Part shown: piece by piece, positions 28,969 to 38,537 of the stretch
Layout of the letters: the number at the start of each line of letters is the position of its first letter
Numbering within the stretch: position 1 is the first letter of the stretch
Source: a virus
DNA length: 64,000 bases
IMG/VR virus record: IMGVR_UViG_3300031251_000017
Span: 2,336-66,335 of that record
Direction: 5' to 3' (one strand)
Translations under genes and position numbers: made by a program
Notes under the pieces: generated by a model
The model's input: only the letters and a program-made list of their open reading frames with translations
Database searches by the model: none
What the model was told of the DNA's origin: nothing

Positions 28969-29137
28969 GCCGGCGACCCTCGGAAAGAAGGTCGATCTGC
29001 CGCCGGTCATCATCGGCGAGTCGACGAAGGTCTTCGCCTTGAAGAACCGCGCCGTCGCGATCGAAGCGAACAATCGGATCGAAGCCGGCGCGGCTTATGA
29101 CGACGAGCTTCGAGCCGGCTACGGCGCCAAGGAATAA
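28826..29137 (+). CDS. Outer-membrane spanin (Rz1-like lipoprotein)
   Basis: Overlaps the Rz-like gene in another frame; lipobox LASC followed by a Pro-rich segment. Confidence 0.7.
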   Translation: MSRRNRHYRLSRAPRRARLGLVLSMMILLASCAHSMPPVVVGAHLPDRPATLGKKVDLPPVIIGESTKVFALKNRAVAIEANNRIEAGAAYDDELRAGYGAKE

Positions 29138-29194
29138 GCGCCGGGGCGATAGCGCCCCGGCTTCACCCGACACCGGCCGAAGGGGGAAAGACCG

Positions 29195-29428
29195 ATGCCG
29201 ACGACTCAATATCATTTAGGGGAACTACTCGGGAATCTTTTTGAGACGACCTCGGAGCGTCTACAGGCCGTAGCTGCGGCGTCGGCGATCACGCTTCCTT
29301 GGTGGCTTCCTGATCTTCATTCGATCTCGGCCGAAGCCGCTCTCATCGCGCCGATCCTCGGCTGCATTTGGTTCGTCGTGCAGATCGCTTTGCGGATTAT
29401 CGAGTTCGAACGAAAAATGAAGAAGTAA
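29195..29428 (+). CDS. Putative holin
   Basis: 77 aa with hydrophobic segments and a basic C-terminus, in the lysis cluster. Confidence 0.55.
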   Translation: MPTTQYHLGELLGNLFETTSERLQAVAAASAITLPWWLPDLHSISAEAALIAPILGCIWFVVQIALRIIEFERKMKK

Positions 29429-29462
29429 CCTTCCGCGATCGTATCGTCCGCAAGGGGGCCAC

Positions 29463-30539
29463 ATGAAGAAGCCAGCCAAAAACAAAGAGCAGGAATTTCT
29501 AGCGGCGGTCGAAAGGAACCGGAACCCTGATGGAACGATAAATCGGAGCGCAGTGGCGCGCGATCTCGGCGTCGTGCGCCAAGCCGTTCAACCCCGAATT
29601 AAATTGTTAGAAGTCGAGGAACGGGTGGCTCGGAACAGACGCTTCGAGGCCCCTGATCTCCCCCACCGAACCCGACAGCTCGACGAGCTGATCGCCGATC
29701 GTATCAAGGAAAGCGATCGGGTGATCTCGGCCGACGAGGCGCGCGACCTTATCCCGATCAAGGTCAACATCGCCGGCCCCTTCGGGCTTCTCGTCTTCGG
29801 CGATCCCCATGTCGACGATCCGGGTTGTGCCTTCGCCCTTCTCAAGAAGCACATCGAGCTTGCCGCGAGCCACGAACACATCTTGGCGGCGAACATCGGC
29901 GATCTCGCGAATAACTGGGTCGGCCGGCTGGCTCGGCTCTACTCGTCGCAATCGACGACCGACCGCGAGTCGTGGACTCTCGTCGAGTGGATGGTGAAGG
30001 CCGTGAACTGGCTTTTCATTATCGCCGGCAACCATGACCTATGGACCGGCGCGGGCGATCCCGTCGCATGGTTCGCGAAGCAGTCCGGTTCGATGTATGA
30101 GGAACACGGAGTCCGTCTCGAATTGCAGCACCCTTGCGGCGCTCGGACCCGAGTTCATGCCAGACACGACTTCCCCGGCCACAGCATTTGGAATTCTATG
30201 CACGGCCCGAAGCGCGAACTCGTCGCCGGGTTCCGCGACCATATCCTCGTCGCTGGCCACAAGCATATCGGCGGCGACGAAGGGACGGTCTCGCCGGATG
30301 GGATATGTGCGCAGCTTGTTCGCGTGAGCGGTTACAAGCTCGCCGACACTTACGCGCGCCAACTCGGCTTGAAGAAGATGCCGATCCACCCCGCCGCGCT
30401 CATAATTATCGACCCCCGCGAACCCGACAACTCGCGAGCGCGCGCATGGTGCGCGCCGACAGTGGATCTCGGGGTGAAGCTCTTGGACTCGATCCGCCGC
30501 GACTTTGACGCGGGACAGAAGCGGAAAGGTCGCGCCTGA
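29463..30539 (+). CDS. Calcineurin-like metallophosphoesterase with N-terminal HTH
   Basis: GDPH, GDLANN, GNHD and GHKH motifs; NRSAVARDLGV HTH. Confidence 0.85.
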   Translation: MKKPAKNKEQEFLAAVERNRNPDGTINRSAVARDLGVVRQAVQPRIKLLEVEERVARNRRFEAPDLPHRTRQLDELIADRIKESDRVISADEARDLIPIKVNIAGPFGLLVFGDPHVDDPGCAFALLKKHIELAASHEHILAANIGDLANNWVGRLARLYSSQSTTDRESWTLVEWMVKAVNWLFIIAGNHDLWTGAGDPVAWFAKQSGSMYEEHGVRLELQHPCGARTRVHARHDFPGHSIWNSMHGPKRELVAGFRDHILVAGHKHIGGDEGTVSPDGICAQLVRVSGYKLADTYARQLGLKKMPIHPAALIIIDPREPDNSRARAWCAPTVDLGVKLLDSIRRDFDAGQKRKGRA

Positions 30540-31069
30540 TGTTGATAGCGTTCTCAGGTCGGGCGGGCGCCGGTAAGACGACCGCCGCGTGGTTCTTCGA
30601 GCGCCACGGCTTTGTTCGGACCCGGTTCGCCGGCCCTCTCAAGGATATGATCCGCGCTCTCGGATTGAGCGAGCAAGAGATCGACGGCGATCTGAAAGAG
30701 AAGCCTTGCGCGCTTCTCGGTGGCGCGACGCCGCGCCACGCGATGCAAACGCTCGGAACCGAGTGGGGGCGCGAGCTAATCCATCCCGAGCTATGGGCCG
30801 TGATCTGGCAGGACCGCGCGCGCCGGCTGCTCGATATGGGGAGGTCTGTCGTCGTGGACGATTGCCGCTTCCCGAACGAAGTCGTCGCGATCAAGGCCCT
30901 CGGGGGGAAGATCGTCCGAATCCACACCACGGACCCCGCCAGCCCCGGCGCGGCACATTGTAGCGAGACGCAGAACCTCCCCTTCGACGCAACGGTTCTC
31001 AACGAAGGGACCGATCTCGAAGTCTTCGAGTCGAGGCTTCGGGGATTGATCGACCAGCTATGGGGATGA
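30539..31069 (+). CDS. Deoxynucleoside monophosphate kinase
   Basis: GRAGAGKT, FAGPLK, PRHAMQTLGTEWGR, DDCRFPNE and HCSE motifs. Confidence 0.9.
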   Translation: MLIAFSGRAGAGKTTAAWFFERHGFVRTRFAGPLKDMIRALGLSEQEIDGDLKEKPCALLGGATPRHAMQTLGTEWGRELIHPELWAVIWQDRARRLLDMGRSVVVDDCRFPNEVVAIKALGGKIVRIHTTDPASPGAAHCSETQNLPFDATVLNEGTDLEVFESRLRGLIDQLWG

Positions 31070-31317
31070 CGATGGCCGAGGAAGAAGACGACTTCGACCC
31101 CGATCTCGATGGCGCCGGCGGTCCCGAAGACCACATCGCCGCGAGGGCGATCGCTCACACAAAGGAACTCGAAGCCGCAGCGAAATTAAAAGAGGCTGGC
31201 CACGAAGACCTTTACAAGGAAGCCGTCCTAATGGCCGAGGCGCTTCGGCACTCGTTCCGAACGCGGAAGATCGGTCAACTCGAAACGATCAAGGGCGACA
31301 AACAGGAGACGAGCTAA
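31066..31317 (+). CDS. Hypothetical acidic protein
   Basis: ATGA overlap with the kinase. Confidence 0.55.
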   Translation: MTMAEEEDDFDPDLDGAGGPEDHIAARAIAHTKELEAAAKLKEAGHEDLYKEAVLMAEALRHSFRTRKIGQLETIKGDKQETS

Positions 31318-31514
31318 TGCTTCAAATCATCGTGCTTGTCTGCGCGATCGGAACCGCGAAGTGCGATCAATCGACCGCGCGGGCCTATCACGTTTACCGG
31401 GCGCCACCCGGCTTCGCTACTTGCGGCTGGCAGTCGATATTCGTTCACGACGAGGCGCTCGCGCCCGCCGCCGACGAGGAACAACACGCGCGCTGCGCAT
31501 GGAGGCCGCAATGA
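31317..31514 (+). CDS. Small Cys-containing hypothetical protein
   Basis: TAATG coupling; SD AGGAG. Confidence 0.5.
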   Translation: MLQIIVLVCAIGTAKCDQSTARAYHVYRAPPGFATCGWQSIFVHDEALAPAADEEQHARCAWRPQ

Positions 31515-32275
31515 TGAACTTCCTAGCGCCGCTGCTGGCGTGGTTCGTCAAGCCGAACTGGACGATTTACCGAGATTCGCCATACGGCTCGGACCCTCAA
31601 CAGGTCGGCGACTTCTATATGCTCAACGGGGGCGTGAGGCCCGCCGTGATCTTTATCCACGGCGGCGGCTGGTCGGCCGGCGACAAAAGCGTCTATGAGG
31701 GCCGGGCGCGCAGATACGCGCTCGCCGGGTTCCATGTGATCGCGATCAACTATCGCCTCGCCAAGTTCGAAGACAAGTCGACGCAATGGCCGGCGCAACT
31801 CAATGACGTTCGGCTCGCTCTCAAATGGGTGCGAGATAGAGCGGGCGCCCTTCGGGTCGATCCGGGTCGGATATGCGTCGCCGGGGATAGCGCGGGCGGT
31901 CACTTGTCGCTGATGCTCGGCCTAACGGATAAGCCCGTCTGCATCCTCAATATGTTCGGGCCGTGCGACCTTCGCCCGATGTCGGACTTGCTCTGCAAGC
32001 TCCCCGTCTTCGGCGGTGGGCCGGCGACAGAGGACGCTTGCCCGATTGAGCGGATCGGCCCCGACTTCCCGCCGACGCTGACAATCCACGGCACGCGGGA
32101 TTCGACCGTCGCTTATGAGCAGGCGCTAACGCTCGATCGCAAGCTCGAAGCACTCGGCGTCGACCATTCGTTGATCTCCTATGACGGGGGCCACGAATTT
32201 ACGGATTTGCCTTGGTGGAAAGAGGCGTGGCTCGAAGCGCGCGGTCTTTGGTGGATTATGCGGAGGATCAAATGA
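31511..32275 (+). CDS. Alpha/beta hydrolase (HSL-family esterase)
   Basis: HGGGW oxyanion motif, NYRLA, GDSAGG nucleophile, HG..D and GGHEF. Confidence 0.9.
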   Translation: MMNFLAPLLAWFVKPNWTIYRDSPYGSDPQQVGDFYMLNGGVRPAVIFIHGGGWSAGDKSVYEGRARRYALAGFHVIAINYRLAKFEDKSTQWPAQLNDVRLALKWVRDRAGALRVDPGRICVAGDSAGGHLSLMLGLTDKPVCILNMFGPCDLRPMSDLLCKLPVFGGGPATEDACPIERIGPDFPPTLTIHGTRDSTVAYEQALTLDRKLEALGVDHSLISYDGGHEFTDLPWWKEAWLEARGLWWIMRRIK

Positions 32276-32874
32276 ACTGGCTCAAGACGATTTGGACGGC
32301 CTTCCTCGCCCTGCTCGGGATAAAGGCCCGCAGAGTGTGGACGGCCTTGAACGATGTGCCGATCTACTATGACGATCAAGGGCGGGCCTTCTTCGTCTTC
32401 CCGACGACGAAGCCGGGCGCGAACTATCTCCTGACCCCGGCCGGCGGCCCGATCAAAGGGAAGTCGATCACGATCCGCTACACGATCGATGTGACGGGCG
32501 CGCCCGTCTTCGATTATCGGACGCACGATGACAATCAAGTCGAGCCGGGCTTTCCGGGGATCGCGCGCTTGATGATCCAGCGCAAGGGCGACGACTGGTC
32601 AGCCGCTGGCGAAATGCAGTTTTACCGATTCTGGTCGGTCGAGGGTTGCAAGGAACTCGCCCCCGGAACCTTCGAGATCACGGCGACGCTCGATCCTTAT
32701 CTCTGGACCTCGGTTTATGGGGTGAGGGGATCGGACGCGCCGGCCGAATTCGCGGCGGCATTGGCGGAAGCCGAGTCGATCGTCCTGACCTTTGGCGGCG
32801 GCTACTTTTACGGCCACGGCGTTTACGTTCACGACGGCGCCGCCCGGTTCACGATCGAGTCGATTTCCTACTGA
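32272..32874 (+). CDS. Hypothetical protein (N-terminal amphipathic segment, beta-rich)
   Basis: SD GGAGG; ATGA overlap. Confidence 0.65.
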   Translation: MNWLKTIWTAFLALLGIKARRVWTALNDVPIYYDDQGRAFFVFPTTKPGANYLLTPAGGPIKGKSITIRYTIDVTGAPVFDYRTHDDNQVEPGFPGIARLMIQRKGDDWSAAGEMQFYRFWSVEGCKELAPGTFEITATLDPYLWTSVYGVRGSDAPAEFAAALAEAESIVLTFGGGYFYGHGVYVHDGAARFTIESISY

Positions 32875-32916
32875 TCGAGATGCGAACGGCGCCAATATAA
32901 GCGCCGACGCTCAACT

Positions 32917-32957
32917 GGCCCCCGCTTCCGGCTTCGGCCGGGGCGGGGGCCTTTTTT
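32917..32957 (+). terminator. Intrinsic terminator ending the late operon
   Basis: ggcccccgcttccggc-ttcg-gccggggcgggggcc followed by T6, between convergent genes. Confidence 0.8.
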
Positions 32958-32962
32958 GCGTT

Positions 32963-33262
32963 CTAGCCCCTCCACCAACTCGGCAAGATGCTTGTGGACC
33001 CCCTCGGTTTCTCGACCGGGATCGCCCTGACGACGCTTTCCTTGCGCTGGCGCTCGGCCCATTCCTCGTGCTTCTTGTTCCACTCGGCGACCTTTTTGGC
33101 GAACTCGGTCGGCCCGATCCCGGCGAGGATCATCGTCTGGAGCGCCGCTTCGACTTCGAGGGGTGTTCCCTGATAGCCGGAGGATATTCGCGGGCCGACA
33201 AAGACCCAATGCCGGCGAAGGTCGTCGCGGGCGTCTTTCAACTGCTCAACCGTCCACTTCAT
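32963..33262 (-). CDS. Hypothetical protein downstream of integrase
   Basis: ATGA overlap with the integrase stop (MKWTVEQLKDAR...). Confidence 0.55.
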   Translation of the reverse strand: MKWTVEQLKDARDDLRRHWVFVGPRISSGYQGTPLEVEAALQTMILAGIGPTEFAKKVAEWNKKHEEWAERQRKESVVRAIPVEKPRGSTSILPSWWRG

Positions 33263-34329
33263 AGTTCCGTCTCCTTCCACCAATCCCCCGCCCACTTGTC
33301 GCCCGTTTGGCGAATGTGGGTGTAGCGTTTCAAAGATTTCCAATCGCGATGTCCCGAGACCGTTGCAACGTGCGGGATGTTCCAGCCGAGTTCGAATAGC
33401 CGGCTGATCCCTTCGTGGCGCAAGTCGTGGAAGTGGAGGTCTTCGATCCCGAGGATCGCGCAAGCGCGTGCCCACGCCGAGCTAATCGAGCCGGCGGTGT
33501 AGGGGAAGATTTCCTTCTCGACGCGCGGCATCGAATTGATGATCTCGACCGCTTCCGGCGGGAGGTCGACGCGGACATCGTTCCCGGCCTTGTCTCCGGG
33601 GTTCTTCATGTCTCGGACGATAACCCGATCGAGATCGAGGTCGGCCCATTCGATCCGTGTTATTTCCTCCTGCCGCCGGGTCGAATAGAGGGCGAAGGGG
33701 ATAATCCTGTGCATCGGGATCGTCGATGGCCGGCGCCGGGTCCGGTCCCGGAAGAACGCCATCAGGCGCTCGACTTCCTCGACGGTCGGCCGGCGTTCCC
33801 TCTCCCTGCCCTTGGCGGTCAGCCCGAGGCGCTTCGTCACCTTGGCGGCGTCTTGCATAGCGGACGGGTCGAGAGGTAGCCCCCACGCCGCCCTAGCCAG
33901 CGAGAAGACGGCCCCGAGGTGCGATAGATAGTTCGCGACCGTTGCAGGCGATCGGCCCTTGCTCATGGATTGCGCGAAGGCGACGAGATCGGGGCTTCCT
34001 ATCTCGCCGCAGGGGAGAGCGGCGATCGGGTGACGCTTGATCGCTTCGAGGCATTGCGCCTTAGTCTTCCCCATCGCCTTCCGGGAGTCGGCGATATATC
34101 GGTCGATTGCGTCGGCCAGCGTCGCGCCCCTAACGGCGCGCCGGGCGATCTCGATCCCGGTCTTCTCGATCTCGGCGTTCCGCTTCTCGATCCAGACGGC
34201 GGCGGCTTGCTTCCGATCGAAGGTCTTCGTCTCCCGGAAGGCGAGCTTCCCGCCTTCTCGAATTAGAACATCGGCCCGATAAGCCGTTGTGCCATCTTTG
34301 CGCTTCCGCGCTATGATTCTTCCGCCCAT
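33259..34329 (-). CDS. int: Tyrosine integrase (dusA-associated type)
   Basis: RQEEI, MKNP, HFHDLRHEGISRLFE and SGHRDWKSLKRY catalytic motifs; N-terminus IIARKRKDGTTAYRA; adjacent dusA-like att core. Confidence 0.95.
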   Translation of the reverse strand: MGGRIIARKRKDGTTAYRADVLIREGGKLAFRETKTFDRKQAAAVWIEKRNAEIEKTGIEIARRAVRGATLADAIDRYIADSRKAMGKTKAQCLEAIKRHPIAALPCGEIGSPDLVAFAQSMSKGRSPATVANYLSHLGAVFSLARAAWGLPLDPSAMQDAAKVTKRLGLTAKGRERERRPTVEEVERLMAFFRDRTRRRPSTIPMHRIIPFALYSTRRQEEITRIEWADLDLDRVIVRDMKNPGDKAGNDVRVDLPPEAVEIINSMPRVEKEIFPYTAGSISSAWARACAILGIEDLHFHDLRHEGISRLFELGWNIPHVATVSGHRDWKSLKRYTHIRQTGDKWAGDWWKETEL

Positions 34330-34343
34330 CGGCCCATCCTTTG

Positions 34344-34601
34344 TTGCGCCACGGCGGGGCGGAACTTGCGCCAATGGAGCAGTATTGGCAAGGAATAGCC
34401 ACCAAAGACCCGGAAAGGCCGGGAATTCGACAAGGGATGGAGAGGCGCAAGTGGTTGGCATCGAAGGAAAAACCTTACAGGCCAGTGACATACGTTTCTG
34501 CGTCGCCCCTATGATGGAGGGGAAGGACAAAAACGAGCAGCCCCAGATAATTCAATCGCTTGAAAAACAGCGCCGGGGCTATGGCGCAAGGAATGGCGCA
34601 A
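34344..34601. mobile_element. attP: dusA-like core with flanking arm-type repeats
   Basis: 34493-34519 encodes RFCVAPMME, matching the DusA N-terminal RF.VAPM motif. TTGCGCCA occurs at 34344 and 34366, and inverted TGGCGCAA at 34582 and 34594. Confidence 0.8.
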
Positions 34602-34605
34602 GCGA

Positions 34606-34866
34606 TCACCCTGTTATTTGGTTGAGTTCCTTCCGAGCAGCTTCGCGCCGCGCGTCGATCCATTCCGCAAGATCGTCAACGTGGACTCCCTTCGCGCTCT
34701 TTTGAGACCCACCATCCATGCGAACAAGCGGCAGCTTTATTTCGCCGTGAACGATCTTCCTCGCGAGCTTGTCGGTGGTCATGCTGAAATAGTCGCGCGC
34801 TACATCGTCGAGCGGGATAATCGCCCGCGCGCCGTATTGAGCCATGAGAAGAAAGCGCGTGTTCAT
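34606..34866 (-). CDS. PrtN-family (pyocin activator-like) protein, probable excisionase
   Basis: MNTRFLLMAQYG..IIPLDDVARDYF...SQKSAKGVHVDDLAEWID; next to attP. Confidence 0.85.
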   Translation of the reverse strand: MNTRFLLMAQYGARAIIPLDDVARDYFSMTTDKLARKIVHGEIKLPLVRMDGGSQKSAKGVHVDDLAEWIDARREAARKELNQITG

Positions 34867-34996
34867 CAATCTTCCTCCGACCAATGCTTGTGCCGTCCCG
34901 AGTTCCCGGTTCGGTTTCCGAACAAGATGCGCGCGCCGTCGCAAAGCCAGCACCAGACGCACCAAAGGCCGATGAGCGCGAGTAAGTCCTTCCCGG

Positions 34997-35662
34997 TCAT
35001 TTGCCGATCTCCCCCTCGATCTTCTCGAAGCGGCCATCGTGGAATTCGTCAACGCTGCGAACCCACAAGCGCCGGTCTTCCTTGCCGCGATAGACGACCA
35101 TCGGTTCGTTATCCCGAAGGTGTCGGGTCACTTGCAGGACCGCATGACTGAGGACCGTATAAGTCGATCCGCGCTTCTTGTGGCGATAGGTCTCGCCCGT
35201 CCATCCGAGCGTGAGAGCGCGCGCTTCCCACTCGTCGCGCTCGTCTTCGAGAGCCTTTGTGCGTTGCTGCTCGGCGGCGAGTTCGGCGCGGAGGGCGTCG
35301 CGCTCGGTCTCATGTTGGAATCGCGCCTTGTCAGCCACATCGTCTTTCGCTTTGCAAGCCCACTTGAGACGGTCGCTTTCTGCTTTAGAGGCGGCGAGTT
35401 CGGCGCGGAGTGTATTGACAATCTTCTCCAGCTTTCCCCGCTCAGTCTCGCCCCACTCACGGGCGGCTTTTTCGGCGGCGAGTTCGGCGCGGAGAGCGTC
35501 GCGCTCGGCCCGCGCGTCCTCTGCCTCGCTTTGCGCGCGGCCACAGGCGCGAACTTCCCTAATCCTGATCCTGTCCGCCGTCTCCCGGCGCTCCTTCTCG
35601 GCGGCGAGTTCGGAGGTCAGGCGCTCGATTCGGGCGCGAGCATCTATTTCCCATTCACTCAT
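34997..35662 (-). CDS. Coiled-coil protein with C-terminal DUF1653-like domain
   Basis: RAELAA repeats; YRHKKRGSTY...VVYR...LWVR..EF.DGRF. Confidence 0.75.
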   Translation of the reverse strand: MSEWEIDARARIERLTSELAAEKERRETADRIRIREVRACGRAQSEAEDARAERDALRAELAAEKAAREWGETERGKLEKIVNTLRAELAASKAESDRLKWACKAKDDVADKARFQHETERDALRAELAAEQQRTKALEDERDEWEARALTLGWTGETYRHKKRGSTYTVLSHAVLQVTRHLRDNEPMVVYRGKEDRRLWVRSVDEFHDGRFEKIEGEIGK

Positions 35663-36569
35663 TGTCGACTCCCTTGAGCGCGGCGAGTTCGCGCTCTGCC
35701 TTCCTCGCCCTTTCCAGATAGCGATTATTCGCTTCGAGCAATTCGTTCACGCGGCGCTCTTGATGATCGACAAGCATCGCGACCCCTCCCCCGGCGCGCG
35801 CCATATCCTTCTTGAGCGCGGCGAGTTCCTTCTTTGCTTCGTCGCGCTCATGCTCGGCGCGATAGGCGCGCGCCATAAAATCAGCGGACCCCTCGGTCCA
35901 TAGCGCGAGTCGCTTCTCGGCTTCCTCGGCCCGGCGAAGATGCCGCGAAGCTGCTTCGTTCATCAGCTTCGCGTTATCGACAGCCGCGTCGCGCTCGGCC
36001 TTTATGGTCTCGACGACCACTTCGACCATCTCGATCTTCTTCCCGGCTTCATCGTCGATGCGACGCCATTCCTCGACTTCGGCGCGGAGGGTGTCGCGCT
36101 CGGCTTCGGCCTTCTGGCGCGCTATGCCTAAATTCCTAATGTCGCGTATGTCAGCCTCACGCGCCTCGAATTGTATTCTGGCTTCTTCCCTCTCGGCGGC
36201 GAGTTCGGCGCAGGCTTTGTCTGCGCGTTCTTTCTCTATTTGCCAGTGGCATTGAAACTCGGCGTGCTGGCTGCGTTCATAATCCGCGTCGCTCTTGGCG
36301 GCGGCGAGTTCGGCGCGGGCCTCATGAAGGATTGCTTCAATAGACGCAAAGTCACCCTGCGCCTTGGCGAGTTCGGCGCTGGCCTTGATCGCCTCGTCTT
36401 TCATCGCCTCGTATTGCGACTGCCAGTTTTTATTGCCGATCCGAAGGGCGCCGATTTCACTCGCCGCCTTCCGAAGCAACCACCCGAGAGTAACGCGCGC
36501 TTCGTGAACGCGCTGGTGTTCCGCGCCGCTCTCGGTCACGAGTTCAAGAAGGACATCGACCTCAGGCAT
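35655..36569 (-). CDS. Coiled-coil protein
   Basis: AELAA repeats; coupled to its neighbours. Confidence 0.7.
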   Translation of the reverse strand: MPEVDVLLELVTESGAEHQRVHEARVTLGWLLRKAASEIGALRIGNKNWQSQYEAMKDEAIKASAELAKAQGDFASIEAILHEARAELAAAKSDADYERSQHAEFQCHWQIEKERADKACAELAAEREEARIQFEAREADIRDIRNLGIARQKAEAERDTLRAEVEEWRRIDDEAGKKIEMVEVVVETIKAERDAAVDNAKLMNEAASRHLRRAEEAEKRLALWTEGSADFMARAYRAEHERDEAKKELAALKKDMARAGGGVAMLVDHQERRVNELLEANNRYLERARKAERELAALKGVDNE

Positions 36570-38340
36570 CGTAAGTCTCCTTATAAGACGCGATGACGAT
36601 CTTCTCGCCGCGAAGCTGCGGGGGAAGCCAGCCGTGAACGGCGGCGGCGGTAGCAGAGAACAGGGCGAGGTCGCCCTTCTTCGAGGGCCGGGGCTTCTTG
36701 TCGACCCCCATCTCGTCGAGCGCCGCGTGGCAGAGATCGGCCTTCACCGCCTTGAAGTAATGCGTGGCGTCGAAGACCTCGCGGGAAGCTCTTTCGAGTT
36801 CGGCGGGATCGAGCGCGCGCAGGAGCGCGGCTCGCACGTCCTTCGTGCAGAACCCGGTCCGAAGGTCGAGGCTCTGAGCGATCAATTCCGCAAGCCGCTC
36901 GCCGGCCTCGACCGGACCCTCGGGGGATTGAGCGAGGATCGTCTCGAAGCGATCGGTCGGCCCCTCGCCGAGTCCCGGCGCTCCGTTCGATCTGATCTTC
37001 GCCGGGGTGTCGCCGTAGGACTCAAGGGTGGCGATCAAGACGCTGACGGCGAGAGCCGGGTCTTTCCGCAGGGTGAGATACGCCGCCTTCGTCAACTGCT
37101 CGGACAGGGCAAGCTCAAGAGCCGCGCTGATCTTCTCGGAAGGCGCTGCGCTACTATCCTCCATCCCTTCTTCTTCCGGCTCTCCAGCGGCCGGTTTGCC
37201 GGCCGTGGCGGAGGCTTTCGCGGTCTTCGGGTCGAGGACGCCGCGCTCGATGACGATCTTCCCATCCCAGTCAACCGAGACGAAGCACCCCGACTTCGCC
37301 CTCTCGGCCGGCTTCCAGCGCCGGGCGTCGATCGCAGCCTCGATTTCCTGCTTCCTCTCGACGAGCGCCTCGATCTCGGCATCGTCCTCGGCGCCGAACG
37401 GGTCTTCGCTGTCCTCCGGGGAGAGGACGGCGATCCGTTCCTCGATCTTCTTGTGTTCCGCTCGCTCGGACGGCGACGGGTTCCGCTTCCCGGTCTGAGG
37501 AAGCCGAGGCCAGTTCCACGGGGATTGCACCGAGTCCTTCGTAACAGCGAATGACCAGCCGTCCGCGATCAGGTCGGCGCAAGTCTTTTCGAGCTTCTCG
37601 GCGAGAAGACGCTTCGCGAGATCGGGATCAGAGAGAACATTCTCGTCTCCGAATAGGTCTTCGATGATCGACCCGCCGGCCGCGAGATAGGCTTCGAGGC
37701 CGATCGCCTCGAAAGCCCGGTTCGCGTCGTGATCGAAGCCGAGCGCCGCCTTTACATCGTGAGGATAGACGCCGCCCTTCTTGGCGAGCTTGTCGAAGAC
37801 TTCTTTCTGAACTTCTTGGTTCGGGGCGATCGTAAAGGCTTTCGCCGTCTCGTCGCTGATCTGTAGGTTCCGCCACGCCTCGCGAATATCCGGGTGGAGC
37901 TTTCCGAGGGCGAGTGCCGCCTTCACCTCTTTCTCGGTCTTGCCGAACCTTTCCGCTATGTCCCTCGGCGCGAGGCTTGATGTCAAAGCCGCATAAGCCT
38001 CGAATTCGTCGATCGGGTGAAGGCCCTCGCGCTGAACGTTGGCGACGAGCGAAAGCTCGCGGGCTTCGTCGTCTGTAGCGTCCGCGTAGACGATCGCCTT
38101 TGTAACGTCGATGGGGAGTTCTACTCCCTCTTTCTCATGGAGGAAGCGGATCGCGGCGAGGCGTCGATTGCCGTCGATCACTTCTGCTTTCCCGTCTTCC
38201 CGGAGCCGAACAATGATCGGCTGCAAGAGGCCGTGCGCTTTGATCGAAGCCGCGAGCGACTCGATCCCGATGTCGCGATCGGTCTTGCGGCAGTTGATGT
38301 CCTCCCGCGTCAAGAGGTCTGTTAGATTAAGCGTCGTCAT
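36562..38340 (-). CDS. parB: ParB/RepB/Spo0J-domain protein with long C-terminal extension
   Basis: IESLAASIKAHGLLQPIIV, IDGNRRLAA, ANVQREGLHPIDE and HTH DIAERFG. Confidence 0.9.
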   Translation of the reverse strand: MTTLNLTDLLTREDINCRKTDRDIGIESLAASIKAHGLLQPIIVRLREDGKAEVIDGNRRLAAIRFLHEKEGVELPIDVTKAIVYADATDDEARELSLVANVQREGLHPIDEFEAYAALTSSLAPRDIAERFGKTEKEVKAALALGKLHPDIREAWRNLQISDETAKAFTIAPNQEVQKEVFDKLAKKGGVYPHDVKAALGFDHDANRAFEAIGLEAYLAAGGSIIEDLFGDENVLSDPDLAKRLLAEKLEKTCADLIADGWSFAVTKDSVQSPWNWPRLPQTGKRNPSPSERAEHKKIEERIAVLSPEDSEDPFGAEDDAEIEALVERKQEIEAAIDARRWKPAERAKSGCFVSVDWDGKIVIERGVLDPKTAKASATAGKPAAGEPEEEGMEDSSAAPSEKISAALELALSEQLTKAAYLTLRKDPALAVSVLIATLESYGDTPAKIRSNGAPGLGEGPTDRFETILAQSPEGPVEAGERLAELIAQSLDLRTGFCTKDVRAALLRALDPAELERASREVFDATHYFKAVKADLCHAALDEMGVDKKPRPSKKGDLALFSATAAAVHGWLPPQLRGEKIVIASYKETYDA

Positions 38341-38537
38341 TCCTTTTTCCTTTTCTAGGTTCGAAAGTGTCGGGTCACTTGAGAAACGCGAACTAACGCC
38401 GCAAGCGCAGGAACGTCCGAGTCATTCGGCCGCACCACACAAGGGAACCAATTCGCGCCGAGGACCGGCGCCAATGCACTCGCCGTCAAGCCCCGACTGC
38501 CGGTGTTACGATGCCACTTCCCGGCTTGGCGGTTCGA

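Noticed and set aside
34289-34705. 138-aa + strand ORF as a complete dusA or an independent gene
   Set aside because: Only about 9 codons resemble DusA; it is better explained as the attP core.
36562-38340. Plasmid-prophage lifestyle inferred from ParB
   Set aside because: No parA, plasmid rep or protelomerase was found, while an integrase and attP are present.
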